A stretch of DNA of 64,000 nt from a virus: positions 1-64,000 of IMG/VR virus record IMGVR_UViG_3300029827_000001; one strand, 5' to 3'. Every line of letters starts with the position of its first letter. Within the stretch, counting starts at the first letter, position 1. The notes under the pieces are model-generated. The model saw nothing but the letters and a program-made list of their open reading frames with translations, was not told the origin of the DNA and did no database searches. The translations under genes and the position numbers were made by a program. Below are positions 38,112 to 48,534 of the stretch, one piece after another.

Positions 38112-40103
38112 ATGTTTAATGGAGATGAAACAATTTGGGTAAATCAAAAGGAATTCCAGTACAAAGATGTAGAGTTTGGATCAGCTTCAATGCTAGATAT
38201 AGCTACTTCAATCAACACGAAAGATTATAAGTACTTCTCTTATGTAACTCTAAATATCTCAATTACTTCAGATTCAGATCGTACAAGAAGAAGCTGTAAC
38301 CTTCAAATTCAAGATGTGAAGAAACTCTTCAACTCATTCAGAGAAGTATCAAAAGATTATGAGGAGGCATATTATAAGAATTCAGAAATCTCTCTCAAGG
38401 TTGGAGATAGATATTTGGAGTTCAAGTATAAAGAGTCAACCTCTGGAACTAGATGTGTGATAATCATAATTGCCTATAGTGAGAATGATTATGGCAGAGT
38501 AATAGTACCATTGGAAGATTTTGAGACAATTATTCATATATTCTCAACTTTCTTTTATGGTTATCAGAACTTTAGGAAAGAGTTAAAAGATCAAATTGTT
38601 AATCATAAGATTGCTGAAACTAACTTATCAATAGAGAGAGGTATAAGGTTACTCCCATCTTCTATTTCAATAGGAGGTATGGAAACTCCAACTTTAGATA
38701 CAGAAACCAAAACTCCTTCTGATGAGCAAGATCTTCTAAAGGACTTTGAGAAACATATAGATGAAAGTCTTGAGAAACCTCTTGAGGAAGAAAAGAAAAT
38801 TCAGGCAGAAGAGAAAATGGAAGTTATTCCAGATATTAATAGTAGTTTTATTAAAGACACCTTGAAGTTAGATTTAGCAAATTATGAAAGAATACTAGTT
38901 GCTGCATCTGGAGAGTATAACTCAACTCAAGCAGTTATAGATAGATTGAAAGAGTCAATGTCCTTACCTAAAGATTTTATGGATCTTCCAGGGATCTCCG
39001 AGAAAGATTATAAGTCAACATTATATATTTCAAGATTCAATTATCTTACAGCATTCAAATTATATATAAGAGATAAAAGTCCAGTTCCCATTTCAATGCC
39101 CCCAATAAAATATAAACCAGATCATTCAAAAGTTCATAGTTCTAACGTTGAGTTAGCATATGATCTTCTTGTTATTAGTGCTTACCTGAAGAATCTGACG
39201 CAAAAGATCGCTCAGAAAAATGCTGATAGTCAGGAGAATAAAGCATTATTCTATTATGCGCATAGATGTTTTACAGATATCTTGTGCTTTAGTTTTCTAG
39301 ATGAAAAAGATGCTGACATTATTAAAAATTGTGTATTAAGTAGATTTCGAGATTATGAAAAAGCTGGTTTCTTTGCTCAATATCAAAACTTATTGTTTGA
39401 GAAAACTTGTACTCCTATAAGTGAGAAAGACATATATAGTTTTCTCGATTTATTAGTTCAGAAAGTACTCCCATCAAAGATGTATGTAGATGACTTTCAT
39501 AGTAAACTTTTTGAAGATCGTTTACTAGTACCACCTTCAAACAATATTAGTTTAGAACAAATAATAAATGAGGTTGTTAAGATTAACGTTCTACATTGTG
39601 TTAATGAACTCAATATTTATGAGGTTGATCTTGCTCAGCTAAATCAAATAATTGATTCTCGAGTTTCTCCGGAAGTATTTGATATTTTGCGAACTCCTAA
39701 AAGTACAAGGAAACAAGTTGAGAAAGTGAAATATACCTCAAATCTTCATTGGTATTTTAATAAGTACAGAGGAGATCTCCCAAAAGGAGAGGGTGATAAA
39801 CTTGTTGAGTACTTTAAAGTATTGGGAGAGAACGATTTTCCATTTAATAACCCTCCAGTTAATTTGGAAGATCTTGATGAAAGGTATGTACGAGCACTAT
39901 ATCATCATAATAACTTAGAGGGAAGTAAGAGAAATTTAGATAGAAATGGTTTTGTTACTTATATTCACGATAGTTGTGATATGACCAAAAGGGATATTCT
40001 TGATAAATATAAAGCAGAAGAAGAATCATCTGAAAAGGGCGAAAGTACTGAACAACCAGCGACCGATGCAGATATATTTAATAATATCTCATGGGATTTA
40101 TAG
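38112..40103 (+). CDS. hypothetical protein with acidic C-terminal tail
   Basis: 663-aa ORF with AAGGAG RBS, ends DIFNNISWDL. Confidence 0.75.
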   Translation: MFNGDETIWVNQKEFQYKDVEFGSASMLDIATSINTKDYKYFSYVTLNISITSDSDRTRRSCNLQIQDVKKLFNSFREVSKDYEEAYYKNSEISLKVGDRYLEFKYKESTSGTRCVIIIIAYSENDYGRVIVPLEDFETIIHIFSTFFYGYQNFRKELKDQIVNHKIAETNLSIERGIRLLPSSISIGGMETPTLDTETKTPSDEQDLLKDFEKHIDESLEKPLEEEKKIQAEEKMEVIPDINSSFIKDTLKLDLANYERILVAASGEYNSTQAVIDRLKESMSLPKDFMDLPGISEKDYKSTLYISRFNYLTAFKLYIRDKSPVPISMPPIKYKPDHSKVHSSNVELAYDLLVISAYLKNLTQKIAQKNADSQENKALFYYAHRCFTDILCFSFLDEKDADIIKNCVLSRFRDYEKAGFFAQYQNLLFEKTCTPISEKDIYSFLDLLVQKVLPSKMYVDDFHSKLFEDRLLVPPSNNISLEQIINEVVKINVLHCVNELNIYEVDLAQLNQIIDSRVSPEVFDILRTPKSTRKQVEKVKYTSNLHWYFNKYRGDLPKGEGDKLVEYFKVLGENDFPFNNPPVNLEDLDERYVRALYHHNNLEGSKRNLDRNGFVTYIHDSCDMTKRDILDKYKAEEESSEKGESTEQPATDADIFNNISWDL

Positions 40104-40114
40104 GAGAATTTTGA

Positions 40115-40726
40115 ATGGGTTTAAGTTTGGGAAAATCCCTTGATCGTTGCTTTAGTATAAGACTACCTATTCTCGATGGTTACTATAATATAGGGATATT
40201 TTTTAACAAGAGGTCAACTTTTTTACTTTTTAAAGTTGACCCCGATTTCCCTAAAGGAGATAGACTCTCTCATGGAATGAAGATAAATATGTTTAAGAAT
40301 ATTGAGTCATCTAAATTCTGTGAGACCTTTTTAAACTTACACAGCTATAGAGGAGACAATCTAGATATCTTAAATCAGTTTGACTCAATCAAAGATGAAT
40401 ATTACTCAGAAATAAACTTTATCTTAAATGAAACAATAGTTCTATCAAAAGTAAGTGTTGGTGATAAGTCTCTATTTGATCAATTAATAATATATGGTTT
40501 TACTCTTTCCGCTTTTCAGTCTGAGATAATCTTTCTCCTAGCTGAAAGGCAAAATATTGTAAAAAGATTAAGCAAGAAAATTGTAAGAACAACTGGAATT
40601 CAAGTTTCGACAACATCTGCCATAGATATGATAAATGAGTTTCATGAGGATTTTAGAACTGGAGGAAAACTAGCAACAAAACCAAGGTTTCCATCAGATG
40701 AAATAATAAAATTAGAGGATGAATAA
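40115..40726 (+). CDS. hypothetical protein
   Basis: ORF with RBS. Confidence 0.7.
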   Translation: MGLSLGKSLDRCFSIRLPILDGYYNIGIFFNKRSTFLLFKVDPDFPKGDRLSHGMKINMFKNIESSKFCETFLNLHSYRGDNLDILNQFDSIKDEYYSEINFILNETIVLSKVSVGDKSLFDQLIIYGFTLSAFQSEIIFLLAERQNIVKRLSKKIVRTTGIQVSTTSAIDMINEFHEDFRTGGKLATKPRFPSDEIIKLEDE

Positions 40727-41943
40727 TGCCAACCAAACCAGATAGATATGAATATACTTTTATACATAATGTTTATGCTCATTTCTTTAGTGATACTGCA
40801 AAGTATTTCTCTGAGCATGTTTGGCCAAGATTTGAGTGGGTAACAATTGGAACATACGATAAAGCTGTTGAGTATATAACAAAGAGGCAACAGGAGCAAA
40901 GGGAAACTGATAAACCGTTGCTTCCTGCTCTTATTCTAAATCCGACTGGTGATTGGAATGTTTCTGACTATGGGGGTAAGCAGTATTGGAGATTTCCAAA
41001 CTTGCAACCTGGAATGGTCGATAAATTATTTGACCCCATATATCAAGATCAGAATGTTTTAATCACTCCAGCTTTTACAAGAATAAGAGGAGATATAGAA
41101 TTAATTATGCTTCTAAACTCCTTTTATGAGTACTGTGATGTTAGAACATTATTTCTTTTAATATTTGGTGGTATGGAGAGAATAATCTATCCTCGATGGT
41201 TTCATAGTTTTATAATTCTTCCAGACGAGCTAATAAACTATAGATATGATAATCCAGTTACTGGACTTTCATATAAATTGGACTGGGACTCAGCAAATGC
41301 TAATCATCAACTAGTAAAAACTACGAACAGGAACGAGTTAGTTGTTCCCTGTCAAATTAGACCATGGTATAAACTAACTTCTATAGGAGATGCCAGTACT
41401 AGATATGGTGGAGATCGACTAGCAGACTGGCGACTTAGTGCTACAATTGAATATGAAGTTGAAATGCCAACTTTTCTTGTTATTAAATCAGATTATCTAG
41501 CTGAAAATATTGAGTGGGAATTAAGGTATGAGTCAGTTTATACAAAGTATCCTGATTATAATAGTGAACTTCCAGGAGACAGGAATTCTTGGAAAAGTCA
41601 TTGGGATTGGAATCTAGATGAAACATCTAGTACTATAATTGAGCTTGAGGATGGACCAGATATAGTTAAGTCAGAGGATTTTAGTTTTAAAACCAGATAT
41701 TTTCATGTGGTGACTACTGCTGAGGCTGACTCGACTTCAAACATTATAATATCCATGCCAGAAGCAATAACTGATGAGAAGCGGCTAATTGTAAATTCTT
41801 ATGATGGTCCACTAAGTTATTGGGATCATTATGAACTTATTGATAGTGGTACTAAGATGGTTATAAAAATACCGGAAGTTAAGTTAAATGAAGGAGATAT
41901 TATAGAACTATACGTTTATGAGGTAACTTATGAAAATCCTTGA
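40726..41943 (+). CDS. putative virion structural (tail/neck completion-like) protein
   Basis: Beta-rich, acidic, LPALILNP. Assignment from context only. Confidence 0.45.
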   Translation: MPTKPDRYEYTFIHNVYAHFFSDTAKYFSEHVWPRFEWVTIGTYDKAVEYITKRQQEQRETDKPLLPALILNPTGDWNVSDYGGKQYWRFPNLQPGMVDKLFDPIYQDQNVLITPAFTRIRGDIELIMLLNSFYEYCDVRTLFLLIFGGMERIIYPRWFHSFIILPDELINYRYDNPVTGLSYKLDWDSANANHQLVKTTNRNELVVPCQIRPWYKLTSIGDASTRYGGDRLADWRLSATIEYEVEMPTFLVIKSDYLAENIEWELRYESVYTKYPDYNSELPGDRNSWKSHWDWNLDETSSTIIELEDGPDIVKSEDFSFKTRYFHVVTTAEADSTSNIIISMPEAITDEKRLIVNSYDGPLSYWDHYELIDSGTKMVIKIPEVKLNEGDIIELYVYEVTYENP

Positions 41944-42490
41944 TAGGTACTTAGAAAGTTTGATAGGTCAAGAGGATAAAGTCCAAGTCGAAGTAAACGT
42001 TGCGGCAGCGGTAATAATGAGACTTGATGACACAGGAAGTCCCGAAGTACTGTTGATTCAAAGAGCCAGAGAAGATCATTGGCCCAGTCACTGGGAATTT
42101 CCTAGAGGAAAATGTGATCAAGGACCAGATGAGAAACTATACCCTTGTTTGAAAAGGGAAATAAAAGAAGAAACTGGACTTGATGTTATCCCTGTTAGGT
42201 TTATAAACAAATTCGAGTATCTGGCAGATGGGGGAACTAGGAGATCAACTCAGTATAACTATTTATGTAAAATGAAAGATCCTGGTCAACCTATTAAGTT
42301 ATCAAAAGAGCATCAAGACTATCGTTGGGTAAGAACTGCTGGAGAAGTTGAGCTTATGGTTAATGCAGGTGAGATGAAGAAGACTCTTGTAAAAGTTTTT
42401 GATTCAGACCATAAAGTAGTAACATATCCTGAGAACGGAGCAACTGAGAAGATTGAAGAATCCATTGAGAAACTATTAGGAAAAATATGA
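41930..42490 (+). CDS. NUDIX hydrolase
   Basis: WEFPRGKCD...LKREIKEETGL Nudix box, SKEHQDYRW. Confidence 0.9.
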   Translation: MKILDRYLESLIGQEDKVQVEVNVAAAVIMRLDDTGSPEVLLIQRAREDHWPSHWEFPRGKCDQGPDEKLYPCLKREIKEETGLDVIPVRFINKFEYLADGGTRRSTQYNYLCKMKDPGQPIKLSKEHQDYRWVRTAGEVELMVNAGEMKKTLVKVFDSDHKVVTYPENGATEKIEESIEKLLGKI

Positions 42491-42957
42491 AACTTATAAT
42501 TAGACAAACTGGATTTTTTCTATCATTAACTGGACTAAAACCATTTAGGACACCTGCAATAGTAGATATTTCAAAAGTAAATCTTAACACTCTCAAACTT
42601 GAATTGAAGCAACAAGGAGTTGGGAAGTATGAGATTTCTGAGGAACCTTATCTTCCCATATCTATAGAACCAGATAAAAAACCAGCGGTTAGTGATAGTT
42701 CAAATAAGTTAAATGAGATACATAAAATGTTGAGTCAATTGTTGTCTAGACAACCAACAGTTGAGCATCATTATCATGCTGCTGTACAAACTTTAGATAG
42801 ATTGGTTGAAGAGAAATCTGAACCTGATATAGAAGAATTTATTCCTGATATTGATCTTGAAGAATTCTCAGATGTTGAACTAGAATATAGAACTGAGAAA
42901 TCTGAAGATGCATTTGGTACAGCAGAAGCATTAAGAAAACTAAAAGGAGATAAATAG
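42487..42957 (+). CDS. hypothetical protein abutting the actin-like gene
   Basis: Acidic C-terminus EEFIPDID...ALRKLK. Stop abuts start of 42958. Confidence 0.65.
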   Translation: MKLIIRQTGFFLSLTGLKPFRTPAIVDISKVNLNTLKLELKQQGVGKYEISEEPYLPISIEPDKKPAVSDSSNKLNEIHKMLSQLLSRQPTVEHHYHAAVQTLDRLVEEKSEPDIEEFIPDIDLEEFSDVELEYRTEKSEDAFGTAEALRKLKGDK

Positions 42958-44046
42958 ATGAGTGATGAGAAGAAAAATGGCATCATCGAAGAACCTGCCA
43001 AGCAACCTCCACCGCCACCTCCAAAGAAAGAAGATAGTAGATTATTTGTAGGTCTAGATTGTGGGACAATGAATATATGTTGTGCTAGGAGTGATAATAA
43101 TGTAGTTAAAATTACTAGAAATGTTTTTCTTCCCTTAAATGATGAGTCGATCTCAATGTCTGAACTATCGAATATCAGCTATGTCAAATCGGATGATAAC
43201 GATTTATTTATTATAGGGGAAGATGCATTTAAATTTGCAAATATATTTGGTCAAGCTGTTTCAAGACCTATGGAGAAGGGACTAATTTCTCCAAAGGAGA
43301 TATCTGCTATTGATGTTCTAACATTAATAATTAGAGATTTAATAGGTCCAATAAAAGGTAAAGATGTATACTGTGCATATAGTATTCCTGCTGAAGCAAT
43401 TGATGAAAGTAGATCTGTTGTTTATCATACGAGAGTATTTGGAAGAATTCTCAGTGCACTTGGTATAAATCATAGACCAGTTAATGAAGGTGCAGCAATC
43501 ATATATTCTGAATGTAGTCAGGAGAGGTTCTCTGGAGTTGGCATATCTTTTGGAGCTGGAATGTGTAACGTTGCAATAATGTATAAAGGTGTAGAAGTAT
43601 TAAAATTTTCAACTTCAAGAAGCGGAGACTATATTGATAATTCTGTGGCTGAGTCTCTTAGTATAGTTCCTAATAGAGTTACCTCTTTAAAGGAAAGAAA
43701 ACTAGATTTAGCTAAGGGATTTGTAGCTGAGAAAGACAAAAAAATTAGGAGAGTTTTGGAAGCAATTGAGTATTACTATAATGCTCTTATAAATTATACT
43801 ATAAAGAAGATAATTAATGAATTTAATGAAAAAGTTGATATTGAAGTTGATGAAAGTTTGCCAGTCATTATATCTGGAGGAACTTCAATGCCAAACGGAT
43901 TCCTGGAACTATTCAAATCTACAATATCTCAATATGAGTTGCCTTTTGGAGTAAGTGAAGTTAGACGAGCAAAAAATCCACTTACTTCAGTTGCAAACGG
44001 TTTACTAGTATTGACACTTGCAGATTTTTCCGGAACAAAAAAATAA
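42958..44046 (+). CDS. actin-like ATPase, volactin-like family
   Basis: GLDCGTMN, GEDAFKFANIF, RPMEKG, NEGAAIIYSE, GISFGAGMCNV, ISGGTSMP, PLTSVANG. Confidence 0.85.
   Translation: MSDEKKNGIIEEPAKQPPPPPPKKEDSRLFVGLDCGTMNICCARSDNNVVKITRNVFLPLNDESISMSELSNISYVKSDDNDLFIIGEDAFKFANIFGQAVSRPMEKGLISPKEISAIDVLTLIIRDLIGPIKGKDVYCAYSIPAEAIDESRSVVYHTRVFGRILSALGINHRPVNEGAAIIYSECSQERFSGVGISFGAGMCNVAIMYKGVEVLKFSTSRSGDYIDNSVAESLSIVPNRVTSLKERKLDLAKGFVAEKDKKIRRVLEAIEYYYNALINYTIKKIINEFNEKVDIEVDESLPVIISGGTSMPNGFLELFKSTISQYELPFGVSEVRRAKNPLTSVANGLLVLTLADFSGTKK
44034..44045 (+). promoter_or_regulatory. putative late-type promoter AACA-N6-TA
   Basis: AACA-AAAAAA-TA just upstream of the GGAGGAG RBS of 44064. Confidence 0.5.
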
Positions 44047-44063
44047 AATAGGAGGAGTTAACA

Positions 44064-44468
44064 ATGAAGCCAGAGAATATGGTAGATCTTATACTAGATG
44101 GAAAGTATAATAAAGTTAAAAAGGCTGAAAAAATTACTGATAGGTTACTAGAGTTTGAAGATGTTGAAACTACAACAGGCACTGATGTTGGAGATTCTTC
44201 TGGTCAACTATCTCCAGTTGATGATCTGAAAGATAAAAGAAAAGAAGACATCGCTGAAAAAATCAATACGGCCTTGAAAGAAGCTGATGAACTTACTGCT
44301 GATGATTTTAAAGACTACTTTGATGACCTCAAGAAGAAGGGTCTGACTGATGAAGATAAACTAAAGGGTATGCTTAGTCGGGCAAAAGAAATTGCGAAGA
44401 AGCAAGGTAAAGAGAATGATAAGCAAGCGGTTATGGGAATTATGCAAGGTTTCATGGGTGGAAAATAA
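44064..44468 (+). CDS. hypothetical charged protein (possible head internal/scaffold protein)
   Basis: LLE/LKE sites, strong RBS. Confidence 0.6.
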   Translation: MKPENMVDLILDGKYNKVKKAEKITDRLLEFEDVETTTGTDVGDSSGQLSPVDDLKDKRKEDIAEKINTALKEADELTADDFKDYFDDLKKKGLTDEDKLKGMLSRAKEIAKKQGKENDKQAVMGIMQGFMGGK

Positions 44469-44494
44469 TCGAATTTTCGAAAGGGGTTTGACAA

Positions 44495-45754
44495 GTGAGG
44501 AAAAGATTAAGGTACTCAGAGCAGCCCGTAGTAAAGGAGATAACGACTTCTGAACTAAAAAGGTTTGGCCTATCAGAAGATTCAGTAAGGTTGGTTGAAA
44601 GAATTGAGGAACTACGATCTGACCCTCCAAATATAATTATTGCTGAGTGTATCAAGACTGCTCACTTCATTCAAAATAAGTTTAAACAGCAAGTAGTAAG
44701 AAAGAAGAATAGATATGTAATGGGTCTCGGAGTCTATGAGCAGCTAAAATTTGAACCAAGATTAAGATCGAAGATTCTGAAACCTGCTAATGTAAAGTTT
44801 AAAAATATATATAGACCATATACTGGTCAAGATCTTGAGGATGAAACTTTACTAGTCTGGAGAACTGGAGGGATAGGAGATCTTCTTTTCATTCAACCAA
44901 ATTTAAATTATCTCAAAGAAATATATCCAACCTGTGAAATAATTCTTGGGTGTGGTCCTCAATATCAAGCAATGGTTGAGGATTGGCCTTCCGTTGATAA
45001 GATTCTAGATCTACCATTTCCATTTCAATATTTAATTCGTTCTGATTATCACGCGGTATTTGAAGGAGTTATTGAAAGATGTAAAGAAGCACAAATTACT
45101 AATGCTTATAACTTGTTTACTAGATGGTTAGGGTTGGATTTACCAAAAGAAAAGCTCCTTCCTAAGCAAACTGTAAAAGCTGATAAAGTTGAAGAATGTA
45201 AAAGAATACTAGAAGATGAATGGAATTTGGAAGGTATAGATTTTATTATAATTCAACTAAGAGCTAGTTCTCCCGTTAGGTCTCCTCGCTTAGGTCTTTG
45301 GGGTGATATAATAAATCGTATAACAAAGAATGACCATGTAGTAATTATTACTGATGCTCCTCATTATGCGAAGGAGATAGATTTTTTAATTGACAAGTTT
45401 ATAAAAGATAAAGACCTTGTGTTTAATTTTGCTCGTCATTCGAAAAGTTTAGATTATACAATTGCTCTCACATCTTTAGCAAAGATGGCAATATCAACTG
45501 ATACTGCGTTGATGCATCTTGCTGCTGCTCTAGATGTTAAGAGTTTTGGAATATATGGACCTTTTCCTGGAGAGATTCGACTTACTACTTATCCAAAAGC
45601 TAGATGGATAAATGTTCAATTACATTGTACTCCATGCTTTTTACATGGTCATAAACCCTGTCCGAACTCAGCATTAGATGGAACCTCTAAGTGTTATGAA
45701 GAGTTGAATTTAGATGAGTTTGCTGAAAAGGTTGAGGAACTCTATAATGATTAA
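44495..45754 (+). CDS. glycosyltransferase family 9-like (heptosyltransferase fold)
   Basis: RTGGIGDLLF, STDTALMHLAAAL..GIYGP, CTPC. Confidence 0.85.
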   Translation: MRKRLRYSEQPVVKEITTSELKRFGLSEDSVRLVERIEELRSDPPNIIIAECIKTAHFIQNKFKQQVVRKKNRYVMGLGVYEQLKFEPRLRSKILKPANVKFKNIYRPYTGQDLEDETLLVWRTGGIGDLLFIQPNLNYLKEIYPTCEIILGCGPQYQAMVEDWPSVDKILDLPFPFQYLIRSDYHAVFEGVIERCKEAQITNAYNLFTRWLGLDLPKEKLLPKQTVKADKVEECKRILEDEWNLEGIDFIIIQLRASSPVRSPRLGLWGDIINRITKNDHVVIITDAPHYAKEIDFLIDKFIKDKDLVFNFARHSKSLDYTIALTSLAKMAISTDTALMHLAAALDVKSFGIYGPFPGEIRLTTYPKARWINVQLHCTPCFLHGHKPCPNSALDGTSKCYEELNLDEFAEKVEELYND

Positions 45755-46577
45755 AATTGCAGTTACTATACGCAATCGACTTGCGATTACAAAAAAATGT
45801 GTAGCTGCGATTAAGAAACACTCAAAAATTCCTCATCAATTATATTTATATAATAACTCTACTAGTCATCTTATAAAAGAACATTTTGAGTATGCATATA
45901 ATCTCTACAGGCAAGGTTTAGTCACTCAGGTAACTTTTAATACAGATGCTAGTACATATAAAGCATTTAGTAAAGCTTCTGCATTAAATGCTTTCGGATT
46001 AGCTCATGAACAAGATCCAAACAAAGACAAATTTTACTACTTAGTATTTCTGGATAATGACGTTATTGTAACTCCAAATTGGGATTCTACTTTATATGAA
46101 GCCTGGAAATTTGTTAATGAAAAGAAATTATCTCATATAAAAGTAGTAGGTCAACTTCCTGGAGGAATAAAAAGTAGAACACCTTTAAAGACTACTGTTG
46201 CTGGATGTAATATGGCAACAGGAAAACTGGGTGGGTCTGGTCTATGGACTGTCAGATCAAATTTCTTTCGAGATGTTGGATTTCTTGAGATAAAAAATCT
46301 TATTGGCCATAATAAACGTCATGATCAGATGTACTGGAGTATAATGAATAGTAAGAATCATGGCAAAGATTATATTCTAGGTGTTAGGAAGAAGATTGGC
46401 TATCACTGTGGATCTTATGCTGGATCCGTATGTAATGTTTTGACAAAATCTGGTAAGAATATAGATAAGAATGAAGCAATAAAATTTGAGTCTCAGGAGA
46501 AATTAATTGAGTCAATGACATTTGAAGAATTTTATGAGAGGATAAGCGAGGATCCAAAACTTCAACGAGGTTGGTAA
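45747..46577 (+). CDS. glycosyltransferase family 2-like
   Basis: LYNNST, VFLDNDVIV. Confidence 0.75.
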   Translation: MIKIAVTIRNRLAITKKCVAAIKKHSKIPHQLYLYNNSTSHLIKEHFEYAYNLYRQGLVTQVTFNTDASTYKAFSKASALNAFGLAHEQDPNKDKFYYLVFLDNDVIVTPNWDSTLYEAWKFVNEKKLSHIKVVGQLPGGIKSRTPLKTTVAGCNMATGKLGGSGLWTVRSNFFRDVGFLEIKNLIGHNKRHDQMYWSIMNSKNHGKDYILGVRKKIGYHCGSYAGSVCNVLTKSGKNIDKNEAIKFESQEKLIESMTFEEFYERISEDPKLQRGW

Positions 46578-47494
46578 TGCAGGAAGCAGTCTTAATGGGT
46601 CCCTTTATTGGGGAGATGGGTTGGGAATTATTAAGGTTTGCTCCAATGCTCCCGTATATGAAGCTAAAGAAATATAAGAATCGAAATATAAAGTATATAA
46701 TCTTTACGAGGCCAGAGAGGTTTGACCTATATGGTGCTTGGGCAGATACTCTAGTGCCTCTTCGTATTGAAAATGACTATTACAAATATAAACCTGAATG
46801 CTTTAGAGCAATTGGTTTTTCAGTCGAGGACTATAAAAAATTAGCCCAACAGTTTAAACTACAATTTTCCAAAAGGTTTAAAATTGTTGAGCATATATTT
46901 CCCAACATAACTAAACCATCATACTTAAGAAAAAATCAATATCCACAAAAGTTAATGGTTTATGATTTTCGACCAAGAAAGTCTAACCGACTTTTGGTTA
47001 GTAAATATGTTCCTAATGATAAACCGGTTATAGTTCTTGGTCCTAGATTTAGGAAAGGGTTTAAAAGAAATTGGCCACATTGGCAGAAATTTTACAATAT
47101 GATTTCTATTAATAGCTGGTTAATGAATAATTTTCACTTTGTTATTTGTGGTAGAGAACCTGAGTATATCCCGGATGAGAAAGAAAGGTTTTTTGATATT
47201 AATAGTATTGAAGAAAGTGAAAGTAGTTCTCTAATTGGACTTACTCTTGAGACAATAAGGCGTTCTATATTAGTAGTTGGATCTCAATCTGCTATACCAA
47301 ATATTGGAATGATTTTAAAAGTTGAAGTACTACAGTGGGGCAATGAACCAAAAGAACATACGAAAACTTATAACGTATTTAATACGAAAGTACACTTCAT
47401 TACTGATAGGCAGTATCAAACAAAACCAGAAAAAGTTATCTCAGAAATGACGAAAATTCTAAAAACTAAACTTCATGAAGGAGTAAAGAAATGA
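46577..47494 (+). CDS. putative GT-B fold glycosyltransferase
   Basis: GPFIGEMGWE, RNWPHW, VGSQSAIP. Confidence 0.6.
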   Translation: MQEAVLMGPFIGEMGWELLRFAPMLPYMKLKKYKNRNIKYIIFTRPERFDLYGAWADTLVPLRIENDYYKYKPECFRAIGFSVEDYKKLAQQFKLQFSKRFKIVEHIFPNITKPSYLRKNQYPQKLMVYDFRPRKSNRLLVSKYVPNDKPVIVLGPRFRKGFKRNWPHWQKFYNMISINSWLMNNFHFVICGREPEYIPDEKERFFDINSIEESESSSLIGLTLETIRRSILVVGSQSAIPNIGMILKVEVLQWGNEPKEHTKTYNVFNTKVHFITDRQYQTKPEKVISEMTKILKTKLHEGVKK

Positions 47495-47772
47495 GTGAAA
47501 ACGTATGGTTAATCTCGAATCGAAGAAGGGTAGATACATTAATCCGACAGTTTGAAGAGTATCGAATGATGGGATCTTATGGAGGAAAAATAAACTTTGG
47601 TGAAGGGATCCTTTTAGTTAGAGGTCTAGTAAATGAACTTGAAAGAGTAAACAAAGAACTAGAAAAGAAAGCGGATGAAGATGTTATTAAGAAACTGAAA
47701 GCCAGAAATGAGATTTTAGAAACAGAAATCAAGCATCTAAAGCAAAAGATACAAAGTTTAAAGGGAGAATAA
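47491..47772 (+). CDS. hypothetical coiled-coil protein
   Basis: ORF with RBS. Confidence 0.6.
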   Translation: MSENVWLISNRRRVDTLIRQFEEYRMMGSYGGKINFGEGILLVRGLVNELERVNKELEKKADEDVIKKLKARNEILETEIKHLKQKIQSLKGE

Positions 47773-47773
47773 A

Positions 47774-48526
47774 ATGGCTCTTCCTATTGACTCAGTCTAC
47801 GCGGGTACTAATGTTAAAATAGCGGACGTACAAGCAAAATATAATGACTGCCTTACTTTATTTCCTGATATTCAAAATCAACTTAATATAGTCTCAGCAA
47901 ATGTAGCATCTATGTATAATGACTCAGTTGATGCAATTAGTACAGAGATAAGTGGTTTACTTGAACAGTATGGTATAAACTGTGCATCTAGAGCATACTT
48001 TGGTCAAGATGCTGATGACTTGATAACTAATAAGTATGATATATATAAGAAGATGCAGAGTGGAGATATATATGGGCCAATTACTAATACATTAGATAGT
48101 ATGCTTGATGAAACTGGTCCCTTTGACTGTAGTATACCAGCAATTGAAGCTTGGGTCAGGAGTCTATTTGATGGACTATCATTTGAGACAGATAGTCGTG
48201 TGGACCTTATGAATACAGTAAAAGATTTTATAAATAGTGCACAAGAATTTTTTGACGATGTAAATCGTGCCTTAGGATTCTTAGGAGAGTGGTTGGGGTG
48301 TGGTGAGCAAATGTTTGGCAACTTTGTTGATCTTGGGCCAGCCATGGAGACATATAATACATATGCTAATGAAACTTTTAGTGCAGTTCAAGATGCAAAA
48401 TCAATAACAGACAATCCAAAAGAAATTTATGACCGGTCAGTAGCACAAACGAAAGAAACATTAGGTTTACAAACAAGAATTGATGATCTTAAAAGTGAGG
48501 CAGATTCAATATTGACTATATTCTAG
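47774..48526 (+). CDS. hypothetical acidic helical protein (probable virion)
   Basis: Precedes PAAR gene. Confidence 0.6.
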   Translation: MALPIDSVYAGTNVKIADVQAKYNDCLTLFPDIQNQLNIVSANVASMYNDSVDAISTEISGLLEQYGINCASRAYFGQDADDLITNKYDIYKKMQSGDIYGPITNTLDSMLDETGPFDCSIPAIEAWVRSLFDGLSFETDSRVDLMNTVKDFINSAQEFFDDVNRALGFLGEWLGCGEQMFGNFVDLGPAMETYNTYANETFSAVQDAKSITDNPKEIYDRSVAQTKETLGLQTRIDDLKSEADSILTIF

Positions 48527-48534
48527 GAGGTAAA

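Noticed and set aside
38112-40103. Chimallin (phage nucleus shell)
   Set aside because: Only the size is similar. No recognisable sequence support without a structure search.
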